Shown here: in pieces, positions 9,001 to 16,801 of the stretch | Layout of the letters: every line of letters begins with the position of its first letter | Numbering within the stretch: the first letter of the stretch is position 1 | Assembly (NCBI GenBank): GCA_031403995.1 | Contig: JANNGS010000057.1 | Span: 12,173 to 76,172 of the forward strand | Length of the DNA stretch: 64,000 nucleotides | Direction: 5' to 3' | DNA from: Thermoanaerobaculia bacterium | GTDB taxonomy: Bacteria; Acidobacteriota; Thermoanaerobaculia; Multivoradales; JAGPDF01 | Program-made: the position numbers and the translations under genes | Notes under the pieces: model-generated | Database searches by the model: none | What the model saw: only the letters and a program-made list of their open reading frames with translations | Told to the model about the DNA's origin: nothing

Positions 9001-10307
9001 GCCACCTCATCGAGCTCGATGCTCTCCCGAAAGGGTACGTGAATCGGCAGGCGCGCCACGAGAAAGCCCTGCCAGCCGTGCGCGGCGATCTCGGCGCGCA
9101 GCTCGGGTTCGCCGAAAGCGACGTCGAACGGTTGGCCGATCTCACCGCCCACCGCGAGGAGTATGGCGGCGACCAGGGTCTCGGTCTCGACTGGAGTATT
9201 CGGCGGCAGATCGAGCTCGATGCTGGCATCGGTAGTCGCCGAGCCGTGGCAAACGGTTTCGAACTCGGGCGGCAGGAGCGGTGCAAGCTCGACGAGCCTG
9301 CTGATCCACTCTGCCTCGTGGCGTTGGCACTCCCGTTCCCGGGCGACGAGGGGCTCGGGGTCGGGAGCGGTCGCGGCGAGGCGTTCGCCGATGGCCGCTC
9401 CGAGGCGGTCGAGGGCTGCCTGCGGAGCGATCGCGACGCCGTCGAGCGCCGTGAGCTGGGCGATGCGCAAGTCCGAGGTAGCTGTCGCGATCTCGAGGCC
9501 ATGGGCTCCGGCGCGCAGGATCGTGCCGGGCGGGGCTCCGCTGCGCGTGCCGAGGATCGTGACCTGCGGCGCCAGGAAGACTCCGCCAGGGACGACGAGC
9601 TTCGGGATGCCCATCGGGTTGTCGGCCGCGCCGAAGTCGAGCCCGCGCACGAAGGCCGATATGCGCTCCGCGGATTCGTTCCACGGCACGACGCAGCCGG
9701 GCGACGGGCGGCGCCAGCCCGGGAAGTAGGTGCGCGCGGCGCGCGTCTGCGGGCGAGAACTGAGCGTGCCGCTCGCCAGCCCGGCGAGGAGCTCTCCGAA
9801 GCTCTCGATCGCTGCCTCGGTGCAGCGCAGGTTGAGCGTCCAGGCGGTCTCGTCGGGAGCGAGCGCGAGTGCGCGTTCGACGAGGAGCTCGCCCATGTCG
9901 AGCTCTGGTGTCATGCGGTGCCAGACGATGCCGTGCCGATGCTCTCCCTGGTCGATCGCCCACGAGGTGGCGTGGAGCCCGGCGTACCGCGGCAGCGGCG
10001 CATCGTGGTAGTTGATCGCCATCCAGCGCGCCAAAGCGAGGAGCGCCGGCGGCAGAAGGCGCAGGTTGTGAACGGAGAGCAGGAGATCGAAGGGCGCGCC
10101 AGCAATTAGGGCTTCGACGTCGCCGTGGGTGAGGGGCGCCTGCGCTGACAGGAAGCAGCAGGCAATCCGGTTCTCGGCTGCCCAGCTGGCGACCCGGCCG
10201 TCACCCGTGACGACTCCGAGCACGGAATGACCGCCTTCGAGGAGCATCTGCCCACAGCGCACCGTCACTGCAGCGTCGCCTACGAGGACAGAAGAGAGGC
10301 GGCGCAT
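6009..10307 (-). CDS. Single-module NRPS-like megasynthase. The domain order is N-terminal methionyl-tRNA-formyltransferase-like domain, a vestigial linker with no HHxxxDG, an adenylation domain, a peptidyl carrier protein, and a thioesterase (F-A-T-TE).
   Basis: The formyltransferase-like N-terminus (HNLRLLPP...NYHDAPLPRYAG...SWAIDQGEHRHGIVWH) is followed by A-domain cores LAYVAATSGSTGAPKGV, NTYGPTET, YATGD and KIAGRRVEPGEVE. The carrier motif is FFASGGDSLAAV. The thioesterase has VHGLGG and the GMSFGG nucleophile elbow. The track ORF runs to 10403, but the Fmt-like domain begins at the Met at 10307. Confidence 0.85.
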   Translation of the reverse strand: MRRLSSVLVGDAAVTVRCGQMLLEGGHSVLGVVTGDGRVASWAAENRIACCFLSAQAPLTHGDVEALIAGAPFDLLLSVHNLRLLPPALLALARWMAINYHDAPLPRYAGLHATSWAIDQGEHRHGIVWHRMTPELDMGELLVERALALAPDETAWTLNLRCTEAAIESFGELLAGLASGTLSSRPQTRAARTYFPGWRRPSPGCVVPWNESAERISAFVRGLDFGAADNPMGIPKLVVPGGVFLAPQVTILGTRSGAPPGTILRAGAHGLEIATATSDLRIAQLTALDGVAIAPQAALDRLGAAIGERLAATAPDPEPLVARERECQRHEAEWISRLVELAPLLPPEFETVCHGSATTDASIELDLPPNTPVETETLVAAILLAVGGEIGQPFDVAFGEPELRAEIAAHGWQGFLVARLPIHVPFRESIELDEVARDLTEQRTRLRTRGTFPTDLPLRSRRLTAAATGSGLPCGPAVALDLLTVGETPPGLPAEGAIRLTIAVDPGLRKVTLRTRLPPESDSLTDFAHRFARRLRRHVAGRPTPGTLLPAERIPTVGERFRAHAERRPDALAVEWGDERWSYRQLNERASRLAAALARRGVGPGRLVALRLRRLPDLVTAMLAVHEAGGAFLVLDALDSPDRVARILAENRPLLAVGESAPHRPAALLPLLQHLPMHPVGLADGCEHSPLSSGAEPRQAAQPWDLAYVAATSGSTGAPKGVAVEHHAFAHYIAAAGREFEISPSDRILQLASPAFDLALEQIFGALCHGATLVAFDEPALPAPRELLARCGELDVTILDLPTAVWEQAATEVDAHGLELPPSLRLLVLGGELASGRAARVWLEATAGKRLINTYGPTETTIVATWWNAPRRASDLTERNGLPIGHPVEGVRAVVLDTERRQVAAGESGELWLGGRGLARGYHLRPDLTAARFARFDPSGNADGDGGDEQGRGSDRFYATGDRVRRRGDGELEFLGRLDRQVKIAGRRVEPGEVEATLRAIAGVSAAAVAPAPLAAGGFRLSGWVVLATGADLAAVAGECERRLPAYLRPSPLLAVAFLPLTLAGKVDFDRLVGESSSPPPAKPEAACGEKALGSVGDPLEQRLAKIWQLALGRGDVTPISRDADFFASGGDSLAAVSLLVGIEAAFGAPLRVAELLRSPTLAGLVAELRSKMAPESGLGEASNLVTIVPPTSPAARAASVIFCVHGLGGHLLRLVALARILAPGRLLIGLQSPGLDDHRPIPQTIEELAEILLAEVRAHPIPPPYRIAGMSFGGVVAYEMARLARPNEISWIAMFDTELAEVLPGVRPEPLSARAWIHDRLRRSAGDLLGRLRRRLRRFKDGRDEVIKANEYRHFTRVLRANEAALARYLPGAWDGRVTFLAATVRSGGLYAEFMRRTGCELAIVPVPGDHLSMLEPPHVDVLAAELERLG

Positions 10308-10401
10308 GGACAGGCCAAGCGTATAGCGAGAGGAGTCGTTGAAACCCCATCGACGGGAGCTGGCTTCGCGCCGGCACGCGAGGGAGTAGACTCCCCGCCG
10401 C

Positions 10402-11070
10402 ATGGGCGGCCGACACCTGTTTCCGCGCTTGCGCTGGTTGGGGCTCGCCTGGCTGGTGGTCTACCTGCCGTCGTATGCGATCGCCTACGGTTTCACCAAC
10501 TTCCTCTTTCTCTGCAACCTCGGCGTGATGCTCACCGCGGCGGCGCTGCTGGGCGAGAGCCGCCTGGTGCTCTCGAGCCAGGCGGTGGCGGCGCCGGTGA
10601 TCGGCCTCGCCTGGGCAACCGATGCCGGCTGGCGGGTGGTGACCGGGGCGCACCTGTTCGGCGGCACCGAGTACATGTGGGATCCGCAGTACCCGCTGTT
10701 CACCCGGCTGCTCTCGCTCTACCACCTCGCCTGGCCGGTGATCGTCGTCGTGCTCGTGCGGCGGGTCGGTTACGACCGTCGCGGCTGGGCGCTCCAGGCC
10801 ACCATCGCCGCCGCCGCGCTGGTCGTCTGCCGCCTGTTCACGGCGCCGGCGGAGAACATCAACTTCGCCTTCGTCGATCCGGTCTTCGGCCGGGCGTTCA
10901 CGCCGCCGGCGCTGCACCTCGCGATCGTCTTCGTCGCCCTCGCGGGCGTCGCCTACGGCGCGACCCACCTCGCGCTGCTGCGGTTCGCGGCGCGCCGGAG
11001 CGACGGCGGAACCGCAACGGCTCCGGACGCCGCCAGCGACGCCCTCCTCGACCGGGCTACCGCAGGCTGA
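10402..11070 (+). CDS. Hypothetical polytopic membrane protein, divergent from the NRPS-like gene.
   Basis: It has at least five hydrophobic helices and protein-like composition. The opposite-strand ORF 10201..10968 is Arg/Asp-rich junk. Confidence 0.55.
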   Translation: MGGRHLFPRLRWLGLAWLVVYLPSYAIAYGFTNFLFLCNLGVMLTAAALLGESRLVLSSQAVAAPVIGLAWATDAGWRVVTGAHLFGGTEYMWDPQYPLFTRLLSLYHLAWPVIVVVLVRRVGYDRRGWALQATIAAAALVVCRLFTAPAENINFAFVDPVFGRAFTPPALHLAIVFVALAGVAYGATHLALLRFAARRSDGGTATAPDAASDALLDRATAG

Positions 11071-11776
11071 AGAGGACGTTCCAGCGGTAGTAGACCGCTA
11101 CCGGGCGCTCGCCGTAGCGCGCCGGAGCGAACTTCCAGCTGCGAATGGCGTCGAGCGCGCTCTGTTCGAGGCCGAAACCGAGCGGGGCGCTCACGACCCG
11201 TGCCGACTTCAAGGTGCCGTCCGTGGCGATCTCCGCTTCGACGACGACGGCCCCCTGGCGGTGGGCGGTGCGAGCGCTCTCGGGATATCTCGGATCGACC
11301 CGGAAGAGCACCTGCGGTGCGACGATCCCCGCTCCCGGCTGCCAGACGATGGTCCCCGCGGCGGCGGGAACACCACTGCCGGGTCCGACTCCACCCACGT
11401 CGGTGAGGAGCGCTCCCGGACTCGTCGGTCCGCCGGCGCCGATCTCCGCGCTGAGCGGCGCGATCGGATCGTCGGTGAGGGTCGCGGCCGCTGGCGGGCC
11501 GTCCGGCACCACCTCGGGCTGGACGGTCACGGGCACCTTGGCGACCGGCCGGGCCGGCGCCTTCGTCGCTTTGACCAGCGGCGCGCTCCATTCGGAGGGG
11601 AGGAATGCGATCGGCAGATAGATCGTCGTGAAGGTCGGTGCTTCGACGGCATCGATGCGCCACGCGAGCCCGACGACGAGGACGGTGGCCACCGAGAGGT
11701 GGAGCAGCGCCGCCATCGTAGCCAACTGCTTCTTCGACGAAGCCGGTCCCTGAAGAACGCTCTGCATCTCGAACAT
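11057..11776 (-). CDS. tonB: Energy transducer TonB: N-terminal membrane anchor, Pro-rich spacer and a C-terminal TonB domain.
   Basis: The anchor is MAALLHLSVATVLVVGLAW, followed by a PxVxP-rich linker. The C-terminus ...GAVVVEAEIATDGTLKSARVVSAPLGFGLEQSALDAIRSWKFAPA matches the TonB_C fold. The start was chosen at MFEM (11776); an alternative GTG start lies at 11839. Confidence 0.7.
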   Translation of the reverse strand: MFEMQSVLQGPASSKKQLATMAALLHLSVATVLVVGLAWRIDAVEAPTFTTIYLPIAFLPSEWSAPLVKATKAPARPVAKVPVTVQPEVVPDGPPAAATLTDDPIAPLSAEIGAGGPTSPGALLTDVGGVGPGSGVPAAAGTIVWQPGAGIVAPQVLFRVDPRYPESARTAHRQGAVVVEAEIATDGTLKSARVVSAPLGFGLEQSALDAIRSWKFAPARYGERPVAVYYRWNVLFSLR

Positions 11777-11925
11777 CGCGACCTCCCGCCCGCTGGGGGC
11801 ATTGCCCTGCAGAGAGTCAGACACGCGACCTCCCATGCAAGAAACCGACCGGGCCTCCCGGCGAGCCGACGCCGGGCCTCCAGCGGCCGAAGGTCGGGCG
11901 GAACACGGACGGGATCGCCGATAGA

Positions 11926-13512
11926 ATGCCTGGCGTGCTGCGCCTCGACTACCTCTCGCCGCTGCCGCCGGTGCGCTCCGGCATTTCGGACTACAGTCTC
12001 GAGCTCCTGCCGCACCTCGCCGAGCGCGCCGACGTGCGGGTGCTGCATCTGCCGGACCTGCCTCTCGACCCCGAGATCGCGGCGCGCTTCCGGCCGGTCG
12101 AGGCCGCGCGGGTCGGCGAGGACGGGCGCCTGCCGCTCTACCAGATGGGCAACAACAGCTATCACGCGGCGGTCTGGGAGCTCGCCATGGCGCGGCCGGG
12201 CGTCCTCGTGCTGCACGACCTCGTCCTGCATCACTTTCTGCTCGATCGCACAGTGGGAAAGGGGGAGTTCGAGCCCTATCGCGAGGCGCTCGAGCGCGAT
12301 CACGGCTGGGTCGGCGACGCTGCGGCGCGGCCGGTGCGTTGGGGTGCCTTCGGGCGCGCGGCACAGTTCTTCCTGCCGGCGAACCGGACCCTCTTGCGCC
12401 GTCAGCGCGGCGTGCTGGTGCACGGCCAGTGGGCAGCGTCGGTCTTGCGGGAAGAGGACCCGGAGCTCGCCGTGCGGGTGGTCTCGATGGGCATTCCACT
12501 GCCGCCGCCGGCGAGTCGCGCCGTCGGCCTGGCGTTCCGCAAACAGTGGCATATACCGCCCGCGGCGCTTCTCCTCGGCTCGTTCGGCTTCCAGACGCCG
12601 ATCAAACGCACCGACGTGGCGATCTGCGCGCTCGCTTCGCGCGGCCTCGAAGGCGTGCACCTTCTGATTGCCGGCGAGCTTTCGCCGTACTCGAACTACG
12701 CCGCGCTCGCCGCCGAGCTCGGCGTCTCGGACCGCGTGCACGTCACCGGCTTCCTGCCGTTCGAGCAGCTCGACGCAGCGATTTCGGCCACCGATCTCTG
12801 TCTCAACCTGCGCTACCCGACCGCCGGCGAAACCTCGGCCTCGCTCCTGCGCATCCTCGCTGTCGGGCGCCCGGTGGTGGTGTCGGATTACGCCGATTTC
12901 GGCGATCTGCCCGAGGAGCTCGCGGTCCATATCCCTCCCGGCGAGGGCGAGATGGAGAAGCTCGCCGCGGCGCTGGCGCAGCTGCTCGACGACCGCGCCG
13001 GGCTCGACCGGATGGGCGAGGCGGCGCGTCGCTACGTCGCCGATGTGCACGCCCCCGAGCGCGCAGCGGACGAACTGGTGGCCGCCGCCACGGAGCTCGC
13101 GAAGCTCGCGCCGCTGGCCGAGCGCCCGCCGCAGCCGGGTCCGCGCACCACGGCGGTTCAAAGACGTGTGCCGGGCCGGATCGTCGTCTACGGCTGCGAA
13201 GACTGGCCCCCCGGCGAGCGTCGCAAGCTCGAGGTCGAGGTCGTCAACGACAGCCGCATCCGCTGGTTGCCGAGCCAGGCACTGCCGGGCGGGGTCATCT
13301 TCGAGGTGCAGTTCCTCTCCGAAGGGCGTGACCTCTATCGCGGACGGCGCTGGCTCTCGTTGCCGGAGGCGCTCGAACCGGGCGCGTCGCGGCGTTTCGT
13401 CCTCGAGCTGCGCCGTCCCGAAGCGGCGGCCCGCCTGCTGATCAAGCCGACGTTGCAGATCGTCGAGGGGCACCGGCCGCTCGGCGCCTGGGAGTGGGAC
13501 CGGTGGGTCTGA
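11926..13512 (+). CDS. Glycosyltransferase family 1 (GT4-like) with an extra roughly 120-aa C-terminal domain.
   Basis: The GT1 C-terminal Rossmann motifs GFLPFEQLDAAISATDLCL and GETSASLLRILAVGRPVVVSDYADF are present. The extension carries an RRFVLELRRPE beta-rich tail. Confidence 0.8.
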   Translation: MPGVLRLDYLSPLPPVRSGISDYSLELLPHLAERADVRVLHLPDLPLDPEIAARFRPVEAARVGEDGRLPLYQMGNNSYHAAVWELAMARPGVLVLHDLVLHHFLLDRTVGKGEFEPYREALERDHGWVGDAAARPVRWGAFGRAAQFFLPANRTLLRRQRGVLVHGQWAASVLREEDPELAVRVVSMGIPLPPPASRAVGLAFRKQWHIPPAALLLGSFGFQTPIKRTDVAICALASRGLEGVHLLIAGELSPYSNYAALAAELGVSDRVHVTGFLPFEQLDAAISATDLCLNLRYPTAGETSASLLRILAVGRPVVVSDYADFGDLPEELAVHIPPGEGEMEKLAAALAQLLDDRAGLDRMGEAARRYVADVHAPERAADELVAAATELAKLAPLAERPPQPGPRTTAVQRRVPGRIVVYGCEDWPPGERRKLEVEVVNDSRIRWLPSQALPGGVIFEVQFLSEGRDLYRGRRWLSLPEALEPGASRRFVLELRRPEAAARLLIKPTLQIVEGHRPLGAWEWDRWV

Positions 13513-15167
13513 AGACCGTCGGCGTTCTGCTGCTCGCGGTCCTGCTGGGGGGAATACTCTGGCTGGCGGCGACGGTGGCGCCGGAGCGTCCGCCGGCGCC
13601 GGGAGCCGAAACGACGAACTGGCTGGCGGCGCACAGCCTGGCCATCGACCACGATGAGGTTTTCGTCGATGCCGATGCCGTGCGCTTCCGCGCCGCTTTC
13701 GCAGAGAGCCCGCGCGGAGTGCGTACCGATCCGCACGGCGGCAGATTGGAGGCGCCTTATCTCGCGACCCGCCTGTGGAGCTGGTCGATCCTTCTCGCGG
13801 GCGAGCGCGGACCGTTTCTTCTCAATGCCCTGGCGCTCGTGCTGGCGGCCGCTGCGGGGAGCTGGGCGCTGCGCGCGCCGCTCGGCGCGGCCGCGCCGGT
13901 CTGGGTGGCGCTCTTTCTGTTCGGCTCGGTCGCCTTCACTGCGGTCTTCCGTTGGCAGAGCGAAGTCCTCGTGTTCGCCGCTGTCGTTCTCGCCGGTGCG
14001 CTGGTTTGGGGACGCGAGGCGCCGGCGATCCTCGACCGCGGAGCGGACCAGATCTACGGTGGTGACCTCGAGAGGCCCGCGGCAGTCTGGCCCTGGCCGC
14101 TCGCCGGACTGCTGGTCGGTGCCGCGGCCGTGCGCCACCCGGCCTACGCCCTGATCGCCCTGCCGATGCTCCTCGACATGCCGCGCATGCAGGAGTTGGG
14201 CGGCAAAGTCCGGGCAGGTCTGCTCTTCGTGCTCCCTCTGCTGTTGCCGGTCGCTTTCGTCCTGGCCGCGCAGGGAGCTCCCTGGGAGGCGCTGCCAACG
14301 GTCTTTCATCCGGCACTGCTGGGCTGGAACGCTCTCTACCTGGCGATCGGCAGAAACGCCGGGCTGGTGGTGGGCTTCCTGCCGATCCTGGTGTTGCTGC
14401 TCTCGCCGCGCAAGTCCGGCGGCCGGCGCCTCCTGCCGCTGGTGGTCGCGCTGGCGGCGATCGCTCAGCTGGTGCTCGCGCCGTTCGATTGGGCCGGGGA
14501 TCTCTCTGCAGTGGGTAATCCCTGGTTCCTGCCGCTTTACGGTGCCCTCTTTTTCTGCGCCGGACCGGCGCTTCGGTTGCGTTCGGCGCTCCTGGTCGCG
14601 CTCGCGGTCGTGCCGTTTCTGCTGCCCTTCTGGATCTCGCCGCTGTCGGACAGTACCCGGCCTCCGGCGGCACTGGAGGCGTTCACTTCGCGACTCCGGC
14701 AGCGGCTGCCGTTCGAAACCTCGCTGCGGGTCCTCCCCGGGAGCACCGAGCTGGCCCGGGCCGGCGTCCGGCTCCGCAGCACCGGGCCCTCGATCCGGCC
14801 TCTCGGCGGCCGGCTGGCGCTCGACGGCGGGCACGCGACGCTGCTCGTCGCGAGCGATCGCGCCCTCTCTTCGGTGCGCCTCGACTTCAGCGCCAACGCG
14901 CCGGGGACGCTCGCGGTCGAAGGCGGCACGACCGGCAGCACGACCTTCCGGCCGAGCGGCGAGGTGGCGTTCGAGATCGCGCTGGGCCGTCCGGCACGCC
15001 GGCATCCGCTGTGGTGGAGCCGCGCCCCGGTGTCGATCTATGTTCTCCGGTTGGAGCTTCCAGGGGCGAGTAGGATGGGCTCGCAGGGCCCAGCTGCTGC
15101 GACGGATCCGGTGACCTTCGACCTGGGACTGGCGCGCGTGGCCGGGCCGGAGGCCGCCAGACCATGA
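13494..15167 (+). CDS. Polytopic membrane protein (at least 11 TM) with a C-terminal soluble extension. It may be a GT-C/ArnT-like glycosyltransferase or a DUF2079-like protein.
   Basis: Hydrophobic helices run throughout. Its start overlaps the GT1 stop and its stop overlaps the NUDIX start (ATGA), suggesting one operon. Confidence 0.55.
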   Translation: MGPVGLKTVGVLLLAVLLGGILWLAATVAPERPPAPGAETTNWLAAHSLAIDHDEVFVDADAVRFRAAFAESPRGVRTDPHGGRLEAPYLATRLWSWSILLAGERGPFLLNALALVLAAAAGSWALRAPLGAAAPVWVALFLFGSVAFTAVFRWQSEVLVFAAVVLAGALVWGREAPAILDRGADQIYGGDLERPAAVWPWPLAGLLVGAAAVRHPAYALIALPMLLDMPRMQELGGKVRAGLLFVLPLLLPVAFVLAAQGAPWEALPTVFHPALLGWNALYLAIGRNAGLVVGFLPILVLLLSPRKSGGRRLLPLVVALAAIAQLVLAPFDWAGDLSAVGNPWFLPLYGALFFCAGPALRLRSALLVALAVVPFLLPFWISPLSDSTRPPAALEAFTSRLRQRLPFETSLRVLPGSTELARAGVRLRSTGPSIRPLGGRLALDGGHATLLVASDRALSSVRLDFSANAPGTLAVEGGTTGSTTFRPSGEVAFEIALGRPARRHPLWWSRAPVSIYVLRLELPGASRMGSQGPAAATDPVTFDLGLARVAGPEAARP

Positions 15168-15757
15168 GTCAGACACTCCCCTGGATTCTCGCAATGCGCG
15201 CCCGCCTCGAGGCGCCGGCGCCGCGCCGGCTGGTGCCGGGCGAGGCCCGGCAGGCGGCGGTCCTGGTACCGCTCTACGTCGACGCCGGGATGCTCTGGAC
15301 GCTGCTCACCAAGCGCACCGACAGTCTGCCGCAACACCGGGGGCAGGTCGCCTTCCCGGGCGGCGGCAAAGAGATGGGGGAGGACTCCTGGGGCGCCGCG
15401 CTGCGCGAGGCCGACGAGGAGATCGGCCTGCCGCCGAAGCGGGTTCTGCGCCTCGGCGAGCTCGACGAGGTCGCGACGCCTTCGGGTTTCCGCATCGTTC
15501 CCTGTGTTGGCGCGATTCCCTTCCCGTTCGAGCTCAAGCCGAATCCCGGCGAGATCGACGAGACTTTCGCCGCGCCGTTGGGCGAGCTGGCGAACCCGAA
15601 GTTGATCGAGGACCGCGAAGTGCTGATCAACGGTCAGCGCCGGACGCTGCGCATCTACCACGTCGGCCGCTTCCTCATCTGGGGCGTCACCGCCCGCATC
15701 CTGCAGAACCTCCTCGAACGTGTCGGCATCTCGAGCAGCTACGAGCTCGAGCCTTGA
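15164..15757 (+). CDS. NUDIX hydrolase, CoA pyrophosphatase subfamily (NudL-like).
   Basis: The Nudix box is GGGKEMGEDSWGAALREADEEIGL, and the preceding LLTKR...HRGQVAFPGG motif is typical of CoA pyrophosphatases. Confidence 0.8.
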   Translation: MSQTLPWILAMRARLEAPAPRRLVPGEARQAAVLVPLYVDAGMLWTLLTKRTDSLPQHRGQVAFPGGGKEMGEDSWGAALREADEEIGLPPKRVLRLGELDEVATPSGFRIVPCVGAIPFPFELKPNPGEIDETFAAPLGELANPKLIEDREVLINGQRRTLRIYHVGRFLIWGVTARILQNLLERVGISSSYELEP

Positions 15758-15867
15758 GCTCCAGCGCCGGCGGCAGCCGGCGCGAAGAGTGACAACCTCT
15801 GGGATGCGCAGCTGGAGCGTGATGGTGTCAAGCAGAGGGCTCGACCTTCGTTGTCCTGGGTGAAGAT

Positions 15868-16626
15868 GTGAAACTACACAGGCAAAAGCTTTCGGTAAAT
15901 GGGGGTGCACGACGCATCGCCCTCGCCTTCGGAGTGGCGCTTGTTCTCTCTACTGGAGCTTTTCTCCTCTGGCCGTCGACGGCGTCGCGGTGGGTCGGCG
16001 GCCGGGTAGCCAACGGTGGCGCTGGGTCAAAGGATGCCGCCGGTGGTGCCAATTTCGGCTCGGTCATCGACCGTTTTTCTCCCGACGGTTTGACGCCCTT
16101 GATGACCGCGGCGCGAGAAGACGACGTGGTCGCGATCGAGGGCTTGGTGCGCGCCGGCGCTGCGATCGACCGGGTCGACCGCAGGCAGGGCTGGACGGCG
16201 CTCCTGCATGCTATTCACAAGGGCTCGGCTGCGGCTGCCGCGGCCCTCCTCGCCGCTGGCGCCGATCCGGACTTCGCTGGCGATGGCGAGGTTCCGCCGC
16301 TCTTCTTCGCGGTCATGAACGGCGATTTCGCCCTCGTCCGCCTGCTGCTCGACCGCGGGGCAAACCCGCGCGCAACGATCTCCGGCGGCACGAACGCGCT
16401 TCTCCTCGCGGTCGAAGGTGGCTTCCTCGCCGACGTCGACCGGAGCGGTCACCTCTTTGGCAGCTGCCAGGACGAGATCGTCGCCCTGCTGCTCGAGCGC
16501 GCCCCCGACTTGCGGCTGCCGCGAGGTTTCGAGAGCCGACTCGCGCTGGGCCTGGCGCGCCTGCACGGCTGCAAGACGACGCTCTCGATTCTCGCCGGGC
16601 TGCGGCCGGCGAGTGCGGGCGGATAG
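15868..16626 (+). CDS. Ankyrin-repeat protein with an N-terminal membrane anchor or signal sequence.
   Basis: It has at least four ankyrin units (G-TPLM-AA, GWTALLHAIHKG, PPLFFAVMNGD...LLLDRGANP, GTNALLLAVEGG). The start is GTG. Confidence 0.75.
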   Translation: MKLHRQKLSVNGGARRIALAFGVALVLSTGAFLLWPSTASRWVGGRVANGGAGSKDAAGGANFGSVIDRFSPDGLTPLMTAAREDDVVAIEGLVRAGAAIDRVDRRQGWTALLHAIHKGSAAAAAALLAAGADPDFAGDGEVPPLFFAVMNGDFALVRLLLDRGANPRATISGGTNALLLAVEGGFLADVDRSGHLFGSCQDEIVALLLERAPDLRLPRGFESRLALGLARLHGCKTTLSILAGLRPASAGG

Positions 16627-16801
16627 CCCGGACTGCGGCCCTGACGCCACTCATCCACCTGCACAGCCTGCTGTTCACGGCCTGGGTGGTGCTGTTCCTG
16701 GTGCATGTCCGGCTGGTGGGCTTGGCGAAGTAGCTCCGCCGGCCTGCCCCTTCGGGTGTCGGCGGCCGGGCGGGTGCGTGGTACCGTCCGTCGCCGAGCG
16801 C

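Noticed and set aside
6243-10109. Long plus-strand ORFs (6243..8306, 687 aa; 8553..10109, 518 aa) and many shorter ones overlapping the NRPS-like gene.
   Set aside because: They are antisense to a gene with unmistakable A/PCP/TE motifs. Their translations are Arg/Asp/Glu-rich low-complexity strings, which is typical of spurious ORFs in very GC-rich DNA.
11261-13473. ORFs 11261..12667 (+, 468 aa), 11527..13473 (-, 648 aa), 12339..13331 (+) and 12668..13441 (+) overlapping the GT1 and tonB genes.
   Set aside because: Their composition is Arg/Pro/Ala-rich nonsense. The GT1 frame alone shows glycosyltransferase motifs.
13335-15194. Minus-strand 619-aa ORF across the polytopic membrane protein gene.
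   Set aside because: Its translation is Arg/Glu/Gln-rich with no hydrophobic or conserved motifs. The plus frame encodes coherent TM helices.
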